This document shows positions 51,882 through 63,776 of a DNA stretch of 64,000 nt, piece by piece. The notes under the pieces are model-generated. The model did not search any database. It was not told the origin of the DNA and worked only from the letters and a program-made list of their open reading frames with translations. The stretch spans positions 36,537,967-36,601,966 of the forward strand of contig CM120640.1 of assembly GCA_051362555.1 (NCBI GenBank), written 5' to 3'. Source of the stretch: Lingula anatina (taxonomy: Eukaryota > Animalia > Brachiopoda). Position 1 is the stretch's first letter; each line of letters starts with the position of its first letter. A program made the position numbers and the translations under genes.

Positions 51882-54515
51882 CATAAGTAACACAGTTTTC
51901 CCATAATGGTCATCATGGCAGCAGCACCAAAAATTGTGTTTTCTTCTATTTTGATGCAACATTACATAATGCCTAACAGCAAAATGACCATCAATTTTTA
52001 ATAATAAAATATACATGTCATGGATTTTCAGAAAATGTGACTAGTATGGGTCTTCAAGCCTGTGGAGGTTCTAAGTTGCACCTTGAAATTGCCAATAAGT
52101 GAAAAATTAAATTTTCACAAAAAACTGCCAGAGAAATTTACCAAACAGTATGCATTGCCTACTGAGGCTGTATGTTAGACCCATGTTTCTTTCTTGTAAG
52201 TTTGAGAACAGCAAGTGACATGTTTTCCCTTAAATGGTCATCATAGGAGCAGTGCCCTAAATAGGGGTTTCTTCAAATTTTGATGCAACGTTACATAATG
52301 TTTAACAGCATAATAACCATCAAATGTTATTAATAAAATATTAGTAACATGGACATTCAGAAAACATGACAAGCAAAGGTCTTCAGGCCCATGGAACTTC
52401 AAAGTCACATCTTGAAAATGCCAAAATGTAAACAAGACAGCACTGTCCTGAAATGGGTTTATTTCCATTTTTAACACTTTTTAACATAAAACAAAATAAA
52501 CATTTTACTGCCATTTTTATATGACCAACTAAGAAAATTGATGAGATGGGAAAAGTATCAATAGAACAGTGTTAAATGTCCAATTTCCTCCATTCTGAGA
52601 TTCTGAACATAGTGGATGATTGAATCTGACAAACTGCAATGATATGAGTTAATTTCCATTTTTGACACTTTATTACACAATACATGATAACAAGTTTACC
52701 ATGTTTTTTTACATAATCAACTAACAATGTTGTAAAGATGCAGGAAATATCAAACAAACACTTTTACGCATCTAATTAGTTCAATAATGAGACTGTTAAC
52801 ATGCCTAATAATTGAATCTGAGGAAATGTGAAAAAACAGTATAACTTCTAAAATAATGGCCCGATTATGCTGATTTTCGAACTCAACCTGCGTTTTAGTA
52901 AGATTGACCACTCCTGTGAATATAATGCCAATTGACCAATCCGTTTTTCTTATATTATGTTATCAGTGTTGCATTTATATTGAAAAGTGAAAAAACAGCA
53001 TAAATTCCCTAAAAATGGCCCAATCATGCTGATTTTCGAACTTGACCTGCGTATTAAGAATTTTCATCAGTTCTGTAAGTTTCAAGCCAAAAGGTAAAAT
53101 GGTTTTCCACTTACTGTGTTATCTGTGCTGCATATATGCTGAAAAAGTGAAAAAACAGCATAAATTCCCTAAAAATGGCCCAATCATGCCGATTTTCAAA
53201 CTTGACCTGCATATTATGAATATTCATCAGTTCTGTAAGTTTCAAGTCCAAAGGTACAATGGCTTTCCACTTATCGTGTTATCGGTGCTGTATATATGTT
53301 GAAAAAAGTGAAAAAACAGCATAAATTCCCTAAGAGTGACCTGATCATGCTGATTTTCGAAATTGACCTGCGTATTATGAATATTCATCAGTTCTGCAAG
53401 TTTCAAATCAAAAGGCTAAATGGTTTTCCACTTATCGTGTTATCGGTAAAAGTGCACGGCGACGGCGACGACGACAGCGACGACAGACGCAGATGATGGC
53501 TATATGTACAGACACATCTGTGTCTGTACATAAACAGCTACTTGGATACACTTGTGCTTATGATTGTTTGCTGAGTAATTAAGATAAATAATGAGAAGAA
53601 AGAGATAATTAATTTTATAGGTAAAGCCATTTGTTGTTGTTACATGTAGCCATCCTTGGTTGTGGATTTCTGTTCGTTTGTCATGGGCATAGACTTCTCT
53701 TGTCAAATGGAAATTAATTTTTCATTATACACTTGTTACATAATTTGTATTTAATCTCATCTATTTATTAGAGCTAAAATTTATGTGCACGTTGATTTAT
53801 GCTAGGGTATTTTTTTTAGTGTTTCCTTTTCTTACTTAAAACAGCTTATCGTATGTAAATGTAGCAAGCTAGCTACTCTTTGCAGCTCTATCGTTTTAAG
53901 ATTAGATCCACAGGCAGGTGCTATGGCCTCTAGGACCATTTGCCAAAGCCTAGGGGAATGCTTATTACATAAGGCCGGAATTACATCTGGCTGGTATAAC
54001 TTTTCACCACCATTCTGATAATGGGAGTATAAGCCCTTTGAAAAGTGTCAAGTAGTTGAGCAAAATTTCGTGGGGGGAAAAAGCAAGAATTATTCCAAGT
54101 GCTCCACATTGTTCAGAGATTTTGACTTATTACACAGTAGTTAAATGTACAGTTTAAATGTTATTATTCGAAGGAGAATAATACAATCCACATAGTGACT
54201 GTGATTCTAAATTATCATTTAAATGTAACCTTTGTCTTTTTTTTTTAGATATATTTATTCTCCCAGAAAGAAAATGTTGTTACGAATTACGTAAATTGTT
54301 CTCTCGCTCACTTAGTCACTCCTCATTCGTTCGTCTTCTTTCGGAAACCTCATTCGTTCGTCTTCTTTCGGAAACAAGTGTATTAATGATGCCCATTTTT
54401 TGTTAAACTTTTCTTTCTCACCTTTACTAATGTGCCTGAATTTTTCTACTTCAAAATATCACCTCATCATTTTTTCCAATACAATAAAATTTAACTTAGC
54501 TTCTTCATTTCTCTT

Positions 54516-54568
<53 letters not shown>

Positions 54569-57500
54569 TTACAATAAGTATCATTTGATTTAAAGCTGTC
54601 TTATTAGTACTCAATAATATAATGTCATGACTTCTTGGTTCAATTTGGGCTGGACCATTTGTGTTTTAGAGACCCTACTCCTTTTATTGTTCCATATGAA
54701 AGCAGAAAATATGTTCTCCGACTAAGTAATAGTCTCTTGATCAGGTTTTGGTAAAGACATAAAAGGTGGGTCAGTTTTGCCAATAAAAGTTATTTAATCA
54801 CCATAATTCTACCTAAAGGTGTGATGTTGCTACAATTCCAATCTTTAATTTCTTTTTTTATTTTTTGCTATTTTATCAAAATAATTTTTTTTCAAGTTTA
54901 GGGTTAAATACAATTCCAAGGATGGCAAAGTCATTATTTGTCCATTCCAAACCATATTCTGGACATAAAATTTCTTCTGAGCCACATTTTGCTTCTATCC
55001 AGATAGCTTTTGTCTCTTCGAGATTTGGCTTCAACCCAGAAAACTTAAAGAATTGATCCAAAAGGTCAAGGGCAGTTTTTAGACTTTCCTTAGTTCCATT
55101 TAGAAACATTATTGCATCATCAGCATATTGCAGTAAACAGAACTCTTTTTCTTTAACTTTTACACCTTTTTATATTGTTATTTCTAATTAGCACTGCTAA
55201 AATCTCAACACCCAAATTAAAAATATAAGGAGAAAGTGGGTCCCCTTGGCGGCATCCATGACTTATCTTGAGAAGAAACCATTTTGTATAACACACAGTG
55301 TTTGAAATCATGCCCAAAATTAAGATAGTCTAACACTTTGTAGAAAATTTCCAGGAAGTTGAATCGAATGCCCATTCAAAGTCGAGTACTAAAATCATAC
55401 CTGGTATATTATTTGTTTTACAGGTTTCCATTAAATCATATGTGAGTCTTGTGTTCTCACCAATAAAATGCCCAGCCATTCTGGTCTTCATGTAGTAATC
55501 TGAATACGACCGTTTTAGGTTGTTGGGCTAAAACACTTGACAAATTTTTTAAAGTAACATTCAGTAATGTTATTGGTCTCAGTTTTTGAGAAAACAAAAT
55601 GGCTTGTTAGGTTTTGGTAAGACTGATACAATTCCTTGTTTTTGAGTAATAGATAATTCTCCCAATTTTAGACCAAAATTGAAGGAGCGGACTTAAAAAA
55701 ATTCCAAGATCTGTCCAAAAATGCTTAAAGAATTCTACAGTGAAGCCATCTGTGCCAGGTGCTTTACCATTTTTCATACTTTTAAGGGCTGTACCAGCCT
55801 TGAGTAGTGTGATGCTGCCTTCAATCTTTTTCCCCCTTTTCATATCATATCATATCATATTTCCATATCATTCAAGATAACTTGTAGATTAATTCACATC
55901 ATCTGATTTCCTAATTTTTGATGCAAATAGTTCTTTATAATACTTTTCAATTTCTTGCAGAATATCAAATTGGTCAGTTAACGTATTTGTTTCTGAGACT
56001 ATCAATTTTGTTATTATTTTATTGATGTTATTTCTTTTTTCCTTGCTACAAAAGTATTGTGTTGGCTTCTCACCTTCCTCCACCCACTTTGCTCTTGATC
56101 GTAGAATACTCCAAGACAATTTTAGAATTAAAAGGTTTCCTTCAGTATCAATTATTATACTCTAACGTATTATGGAAAAGTATCGCAACCCCACGCACAT
56201 TAGACTTCCTAATTGGACTAATATATGCATCAAATCCCAAACATGATCTAATAAAATCTGCTTAGATGTGAAATGTGTATCTTGCAGGCAGCATATTGCA
56301 TAATGTTTACTATGAATATGCTGAAATATGTCTTTCCTTTTTTCGTGACTACCTAGGCCTCTACAGTTCATAGATGCTATGACAAGTTCTGACATATTCA
56401 ATAGTACATTGAGAAAATATTAGTAGTCATAATTCCCCTATAATTATTTTTAACACAGAGGATAAAGGAGAAATTATAAATTCTTTCTTGTGATGTATGT
56501 AAAAGAATCTTGTACTGTTTGGGCTTAATGAAAATATATTCAAAAATTCTATTGTCACACTCACTCCCACTTACATACTGCACATACACATAACCTTTGT
56601 CTTTATGTATTCCCCAGCTCTTCATTGAAATCTTGGAGTTCTTGGATAGAATCTTGCTGATCCCTTATTTTTTGGGAAATCATATGGGCATTGCTGTTTG
56701 GGATCCCAGAAAATATAATCTATAAAACGATTTGTAACTTTCATGCTTAAATTTGATGTGTCATCTTACAAGACATGCCAAATACATGTATCTCTCTTAC
56801 ACATATTCCAAAATTCACAGGGACTGAACTTGCTAATACTATAGTTATTTATATGCTCTGAACTTTCTGATGCTCTCTCATATTGGGCAAAAGTAAGGTG
56901 TAAAAAAGACCAAATGCCACCAACCCAATGTATTTCAGCAGGTTGAACCACTTTGGGGTCACATGGCTCATACAGTATTAGGATGGAAAGCAGAGATTTA
57001 ACAGGTACAAGGCCAAATACTACAAAAACTAGAGGATCAGAGAGGCGATACCGCCTCCTGGTATTGTACCACCAGCTGGAGTAAGAGCATTCGTATGGGA
57101 AGGAAAAAGAAGGGGGAGGGGTTGTCTCACTAGTTGACGATCTTTCGCAAACAAAAGCCATTGAATGAATATACGATTGCAACGATCCCCCACTGAGGAT
57201 ACGAAAATTACGTTCTTCCTTGCTCTTTGGCCAACGAAGACTCAAATATGAAAATCGCGTCCTCATCTCTTTCACATTGGGAATGAACTTTCGATAACAA
57301 TTTGAAAGTTGTCTTTTTTGTCTGCCAGTTTTACAGATAAAATGGAAAAACATTTGCAAAGTTAAGTTCATGGTGAAAAAAAGGTCAAAGGTCAATTTCA
57401 AGGTCACATTTAGATTGCCAATATATGACTTCCTATTCAAGTTTAATAGTAACTATGGACCTATCTCTGCCAGTTTTGGAGATAAAAGGGAAGCAAAATT

Positions 57501-60500
57501 TGCAAACTTCAGCCCATGGTGAAAAGTAGGTCAAAGGTCAATTTCAAGGTCACATTTAGATTGCCAGTATATGACTTCCTATCAAAGTTCAAAAGTAACT
57601 ATGGACCTATCTCTGCCAGTTTTGGAGATAAAAGGGAAGCAAAATTTGCAAACTTCAGTCCATGGTGAAAAGTAGGTCAAAGGTCAATTTGAAGGTCACA
57701 TTTAGATTGTCAGTATATGACTTCCTATCAAAGTTCAATAGTAACTATGGATCTATCTCTGCCAGTTTTGGAGATGAAAGGGAAGCAAAATTTGCAAAGT
57801 TCAGTTCATGGTGAAAAGTAGGTCAAAGGTCAACAAGGTCACACTAAGATTGCCAGTATATGACTTCCTATCCAAGTTCAATAGTAACTATGGACCTATC
57901 TCTGCCAGTTTTGGATATGAAAGGGAAGCAAAATTTGCAAAGTTCAGTTCATGATGAAAAGTAGGTCAAAGGTCAATTTCAAGGTCACATTTAGATTGCC
58001 AGTGTATGACTTCCTATTCAAGTTCAATAGTAACTATGGACCTATCTCTGCCAGTTTTGGAGATATAAGGGACTAAATGTTATAATTTTGGAGTTCCCAT
58101 AATGTGCCATAAATTTCCTACAGAAAAAATTAATTAAAATAAAGAAAAGGTCATTTTGGTCAAAATTCTTGAAATGGGAGGTACTCTGAAGTTCCAAAAG
58201 TTCAAATTTGATGAAATAATGTCAATTATGAGCACAAGTTGTCTGCTTTGCCAAGCCTTATGTTTTATTTTTCCAGAGTTCAAAATTTATTATCCATTAC
58301 TAGTCAGGCGGTTAAGTCCAAATTATATCCAGAATTGTGCAAAAGATGATAAAAGCATGAAACTTTCCACGATGAATATTTAAGAAAGCCGCTCATCCGA
58401 GTACTAATGAATTTTGGAGTTGCCCCCCGATCCAAAATAGACAAACACCCAATGGTCATTCATCGTGGAAAGTTTCATGCTTTTATCATCTATTGCACAA
58501 TTTTTTGGCTTAGTTGCCTCACTATACCGTACTGCACATTTTGCTTTCACCACCAATATGCACTTTTTGATAGCGTAACTCGAAAACCGTTTGGAATACA
58601 AAAAAATGGAGACCACCCCCAGTGTTGGGCTTTACATGCTCTACAAAATGCAAAAAAGAATGGGTCTCTAGCATTAATGGTCCCCGAATTAGAGACAGTT
58701 TTCAGTTTCAGCATCTTATGGCCGCTACCGTGAAAATGCACCGATTGACCCCAAATTCACGGAGATGAAAGATGACCTGAAGGGTAACACTTTCCAATAA
58801 TATTATTGGTTAAGTCTGTGTGGTGTCTGAATAACAGGGCAAAAAAAATTTTTTTCGTAAAAAATTTTATTTTTTTGGAAAATTTTGGACCGTTTGACCT
58901 TGAAGTAAAGGTCAAAGGTCAAATCCAAGGGCATATTTGAAATCTACACATATGACTTTTGGAAAGCCGTCTGTAGAAATTTTTCCCATAACCCCTTCCG
59001 CAGGGTAGATAATTAGCATTTAATTTTGCCATTTTTGGACAAGGGTGCATTGCAATGAGTGCCACACCCAGACCCCAATACCGACAAAGCCCAAATTTTA
59101 CGTGAAACGAGTTGAGATTATAGGTGACCTAAATCCAAGAGATGGGTACGGGGGCCCTTACCGTCTAGGAGGAGAAGCGGTAACGGTAGCCGTCCGGCGG
59201 AGCCGGCGGAACGATCCGGACGGGACCGAAACCATGTGTACCGCCAGCGCTAACGCTGGTGGTACAATTACCATAAATATTTGAAAATCCCCATTTACAT
59301 CTCGATTTTTCTTGTTACAGTTTTAAGGCCCAAACTGCCTCGATCCATCCCCCACCCCTCTCCTTTCTAGAGAATGGGTTAATCAAATTGTTTTTCTAAA
59401 TTAAAGCCAGTGTTGTTCAGGCAAATTAAAATAATGAGTCATGTCAGTGATTACCTGCATAATATACTTACAAAATATGATGACAAAAAATCCTCCTCCT
59501 CTTCACCATTTTCAAAACTGTCCTCATGTTCACTGTGGCATCCTCCGCAATGTTGACAGTGATCTGATGAGGAAATTATTATTAAATCATTAGTTAAGAA
59601 ATTTAAATAGGCTGTTCAAAATATTACTGGAAAGAAAATTAACTTACAAACTTTATTAATAACATCTGTTTATTCATTTCTTTAGTTACTAATTAATGAC
59701 CACTACAAACAGTACTATCAACCTGACATTAAAAAAAAAAAAAAAAAAAAAAAAACAACAAATTTTGCACAGTACTTATTTCTTTATCAATCTGACAAAA
59801 ATATAGAATCAAAACAAAAATGGAATTAATAAGAACTAGAGGATCAGAGAGGCGATACCGCCTCCGAATATTGTACCACCAGCTGGAGCAAGCGCATTCG
59901 TATAGACCCCCACATACACAAAATAAGGGACACAGCCACCAGTCTTGTGCTTGACAAGCTGTAAACATGCAATCAACAAGAATTTTCAATATTTGCAAAA
60001 AATATATGAAACTAAAAATGGTACAATCAAATTTAAGTTCATCGTAAGGTAGGTGAAAGGTCATTTTCAAGGTCACAGTAAATTGCCAGTATATGACTTC
60101 CTATTCAAGTTCAATAGTAACTATGGACCTATCTCTGCCAGGTTTGGAGTTAAAAGAGAAAGAAATTAGCAGAGTTCAGTTCATGATAATAAGTAGATCA
60201 AAGGTCAATTTCAAGGTCACACTTAGATTGCCAGTATATGACTTCCTATTCAATTTCAATAGTAACTATGGACCTATCTCGCTAGTTTTGGAGATAAAAG
60301 AGAACCAAAATTTGCAAAGTTCAATTCATGATAAAAAGTGGGTCAAAGGTCAATTTCAAGGTCACACTTAGATTGCCAGTATATGACTTCCTATTCAAGT
60401 TCAATAGTAACTATAGACCTATCTTTGCCAGTTTTAGAGATAAAAGGGAAGCAAAATTTACAAAAAACAGTTCATGGTGAAAAGTAGGTCAAAGGTCAAT

Positions 60501-63500
60501 TTCAAGGTCACAGTAAGATTGCCAGTATTTGACTTCCTATTCAAGTTCAATAGTAACTATGGACCTATCTCTGCCAGTTTTGGAGATAAAAGGGAAGCAA
60601 AATTTGCAAAGTTCAGTTCATGGTGAAAAATAGGTCAAATGTCAATTTCAAGGTCACAGTAAGATTGCCAGTATATGACTTTCTATTCAAGTTCAATAGT
60701 ATCTATGGACCTATCTCTGCCAGTTTTGCAGATAAAAGGGACTAAATGTTATAATTTTGGAGTTACCATAAAGTGCCATACATTTCCTACAGAAAAAATT
60801 AATTAAAATAAAGAAAAGGTCATTTTGGTCAAAATTCTTGAAATGGGAGGTGCTCTGAAGTTCCAGGTGTTCAAATTTGATGAAATAATGTCATTTTTGA
60901 CTACAAGTTGTCTGCTTTGCCAAGCCTTATGTATTATTTTTCCGGAGTTCAAAATTTATTATCCATTACCGTACTGCACATTTTGCTTTCACCACCAATA
61001 TGTATTTTTTGATACAGCTTAACTTTAGAGATAAAAGGGAAGCAAAATTTGCAAAATTCAGTTCATAGTGAAAAGTAGGTCAAAGGTCAATTTTAAGGTC
61101 ACATTTAGATTGCCAATATATGACTTCCTATTCAAGTTCAATAGTAACTATGGACCTATCTCTGCCAGTTTTGGAGATAAAAGGGAAGCAAAATTTGCAA
61201 AGTTCAGTTCATGGTGAAAAGTAGGTCAAAGGTCAATTTTAAGGTCACATTTAGATTGCCAGTATATGACTTCCCATTCAACTTCAATAGTAACTATGGA
61301 CGTATCTCTGCCAGTTTTGGAGATATAAGGGAAGCAAAATTTGCAAAGTTCAGTTCATGGTGAAGAGTAGGTCAAAGGTCAATTTTAAGGTCACATTTAG
61401 ATTGCCAGTATATGACTTCCTATTCAAGTTCAACAGTACCCATGGACCTATCTCTGCCAGTTTTGGAGATATAAGGGAAGCAAAATTTGCAAAGTTCGGT
61501 TCATGGTGAAAAGTAGGTCAAAGGTCAATTTTAAGGTCACATTTAGAGTGCCAGTATATGACTTCCCATTCAAGTTCAATAAAAACTATGGACCTATCTC
61601 TGCCAGTTTTGGAGATATAAGGGAAGCAAAATTTGCAAAGTTCAGTTCATGGTGAAAAGTAGGTCAAAGGTCAATTTTAAGGTCACATTAAGATTGCCAG
61701 TATATGACTTCCCATTCAACTTCAATAGAAACTATGGACCTATCTCTGCCAGTTTTGGAGATATAAGGGAAGCAAAATTTGCAAAGTTCAGTTCATGGTG
61801 AAAAGTAGGTCAAAGGTCAATTTTAAGGTCACATTAAGATTGCCAGTATATGACTTCCCATTCAACTTCAATAGTAACTATGGACCTATCTCTGCCAGTT
61901 TTGGAGATATCAGGGACTAAATGTTATAATTTTGGAGTTACCATAATGTGCCATAAATTTCCTACAGAAAAGATTAATTAAAATAAAGAAAACATCATTT
62001 TGGTCAAAATTCTTAAAATAGGAAGTGCTCTGAAGTTCCAGAAGTTCAAATTTGATGAAATAATGTCATTTTTGACCACAAGTTGTCTGCTTTGCCAAGC
62101 CTTATGTATTATTTTTCCAGAGTTCAAAATTTATTATCCATTACCGTACTGCACATTTTGCTTTCACCACCATTATGTACTTTTTGATACAGCATAACTT
62201 GAAAACCGTATGGAATACAAAAAAATGGAGACCACCTCCAGTGTTGGGCTTTACATGCTCTACAAAATGCAAAAAAAGAATGGGTCTCTAGCATTAACGG
62301 TTCCCGAATTAGAGACAGTTTTCAGTTTCGGTACTTTATGGCCGCTACTCCCGTGAAAATGCACCGATTGACCCCAAATTCAAGGAGATGAAAGATGACC
62401 CGAAGGGTAACACTTTCCAATAATATTATTGGTTAAGTCTGTGTGGTGTCTGAATAACAGGGCAAAAAAAATTTTTTTCGTAAAAAATTTCATTTTTTTG
62501 AAAATTTTGGCCCGTTTGACCTTGAAATAAAGGTCAAAGGTCAAATCCAAGGGCATATTTGAAATCTACACATATGACTTTTGGAAAGCTGTCTGTAGAA
62601 ATTTTTCCCATAACTCCTTCCGTAGGGTAGATAATTAGCATTTAATTTTGCCATTTTTAGACAAGGGTGCATTGCAATGAGTGCCACACCTAGACCCCAA
62701 TACCGACAAAGCCCAAATTTTACGTGGAACGAGTTGAGATTATAGGTGACCTAAATCCAAGAGATGGGTACAGGGGCCCTTACCGTCTAGGAGGAGAAGC
62801 GGTAACAGTGACTTGGCGGCGGAGCCGGCGGAGCCGCAGGAGCCGCAGGAGCCGGCGGAGCCGGCGGAAAATACGGGTCGGGACTAAAACCATGGGTACC
62901 GCCAGCGCCTACGCTGGTGGTACAATTAACAAGGCTTGAAATGATGCCAGTAAGACGTTATCTGTTGTATAGAAGTGTGTAATGTTGATAGTAATGATGA
63001 AGTAGAGCATAAAAATGATTGTGAATTATGTACAATATGCCCTTAAAAATATGTGTTTAAAAAAATGTAAAAAAATGTGTGTTTAACATTCCATTTTTTT
63101 TTTCACTTTACTCACATAGTTATGTTCACAGTTTATTTGTCTGGGAGTAGTGTTCTTCTGTCTGTAGTGCTCTAGTGGATGAAATCTGAAATCAAAGTAA
63201 TGATTTTTAATACCAAAGACAAACAATCTACAAACCTGGAAGAAATTTATTCAATTATCTTTGAAGCAAGGGTGAAACTTGTAAAAACTGAAAATGTAGC
63301 TTGCGATTTCTCATCACATTTAGACCTTATGAAAAAAACTATCAAAATGGAGACTGTATCTCGTATGAAGGGTTGTTAGCTGTTTAATTTGTGAAAAATC
63401 AAAGGACATGTTATTGGCTTTTCATTTGCTTTTTACTCATGTAAGCACGTTCGCGGTTTGTTGGAGAAATACTAATTGTATCTCTGTCTGCAGATGATGT

Positions 63501-63776
63501 CTGAAATCAAATTTTGAATATTGATAAAAAGCAGCATACTTATCTGTGAAAGACATTATAAATGATGTTGGTATAATGTGTCATACAATTTGTGGGTGCA
63601 TTTTTAGATGAAAATGGAACCGAGATAAGTACAGGAATAAAAATTGCTTTTAATTTTATTTAACACGGTCTTTGAGTTATGAATACTATTCAACTTTTTT
63701 CTTTTTTACTCACATAGTCATGTTCACTGTCTATTGGTTTGGGAGTGGTCATTTCTCTGTCTGCAGTACATGAAAC
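44741..63776 (-). CDS. Unrecognised multi-exon gene or young pseudogene, minus strand (5'-partial)
   Basis: Exons with canonical sites: 63776-63714, 59563-59472, 51201-51041, 47570-47375, 46803-46595, 46230-46169, 45787-45633 (GC donor AG|GCAAGT), 45164-44741. The phases chain and the frame is open except for a TAA at 46183-46181. No family recognised with confidence. Confidence 0.55.
47939..48013. repeat. (TA)n microsatellite
   Basis: Dinucleotide run; similar runs at ~50082-50146, 51845-51876 and 54518-54562. Confidence 0.95.
48240..50250 (+). mobile_element. Decayed Gypsy/Ty3 LTR-retrotransposon pol fragment (RT plus integrase), interrupted by an RTE LINE
   Basis: Broken-frame motifs DALKDAVWFSSLDLCGGY, EEDKAKMAFTVGPLGFYECNRM..GLTNSPAMFQ, DDIIIFS, AGVKLKPSKCHF, FVKDFAKIAKPL, integrase zinc finger GHQGR..FFWPGM..C, MDFLSLE..NILVLTGVFTQY; no LTRs seen. 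Confidence 0.88.
49070..49914 (+). mobile_element. 5'-truncated RTE-clade (BovB-like) LINE
   Basis: GTVSIGGRTITNLRFAHDIDG..GMEISAEKTKLM..FKYLGSVVSDEGSKPEILSRIAQT..KLKWYGH; (GATA)n tail; 10-bp TSD tagacaacat at 49060-49069 and 49915-49924; frameshifted. Confidence 0.93.
51372..51650 (-). mobile_element. Short HINE-like family 1 fragments
   Basis: Same palindrome (51520-51549), GAC microsatellite and core unit as 53300-53532. Confidence 0.8.
51680..51818 (-). mobile_element. Short HINE-like element, family 3
   Basis: Minus strand begins ttacctctgccaaggaggttatattttcacc..gtttgtctgtc: hairpin plus GTCT-type microsatellite head typical of HINE/pearl-like repeats. Confidence 0.55.
52415..53533 (-). 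mobile_element. HINE-like element, family 1 (inverted sister of 42379-43515)
   Basis: Palindrome 53503-53532, GAC microsatellite, four ~160-bp cores (~52877, 53035, 53195, 53356), shared tail. Confidence 0.85.
54380..56400 (-). mobile_element. Decayed, internally deleted Tx1/L1-like LINE ORF2
   Basis: APE endonuclease start IASMNCRGLG..ICCLQDTH, ILRSRAKWVEEGEKPTQYF, RT motifs KAPGTDGFTVEFFKHFW, GCRQGDPLSPYIF, QYADDA, C-terminal KFNKKW; many frameshifts. Confidence 0.9.
57029..59270 (-). mobile_element. Helentron-associated interspersed element (HINE), family 2, copy 1
   Basis: SubTIRs attgtaccaccagc (57063-57076) / gctggtggtacaat (59255-59268); 5' palindrome 59238-59265; 3' hairpin gaggcg-atac-cgcctc (57042-57057) then CTAG-TT on the minus strand; ~5 x 146-bp core repeats. 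Confidence 0.9.
58301..58524. mobile_element. Academ-type MITE (224 bp) nested in HINE copy 1
   Basis: TAG...CTA termini, long imperfect TIRs, 3-bp TSD TAC; empty site atccattaccgtactgcac at ~60961 and ~62136. Confidence 0.85.
59836..62928 (-). mobile_element. HINE family 2, copy 2 (internally duplicated)
   Basis: Same termini as copy 1; ~11 x 146-bp cores in two blocks separated by a duplicated ~280-bp unique segment; expanded cggagccg(g/c) repeat near 62815-62868. Confidence 0.9.
63116..63776 (-). repeat. Three tandemly duplicated exon-intron modules (~300-bp spacing)
   Basis: Homologous segments 63776-63714, 63500-63441 and 63185-63116, each with an AG acceptor and a gtgagt donor (atgagt in the middle copy). 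Confidence 0.7.

Noticed and set aside
56766-57440. 224-aa minus-strand ORF
   Set aside because: Runs from HINE tandem cores across the element end into flanking DNA; no domain-like sequence
62724-62939. Protamine-like RRS-repeat ORF (also the poly-Arg ORF 42236-42493)
   Set aside because: Translations of the microsatellite heads of HINE-like elements
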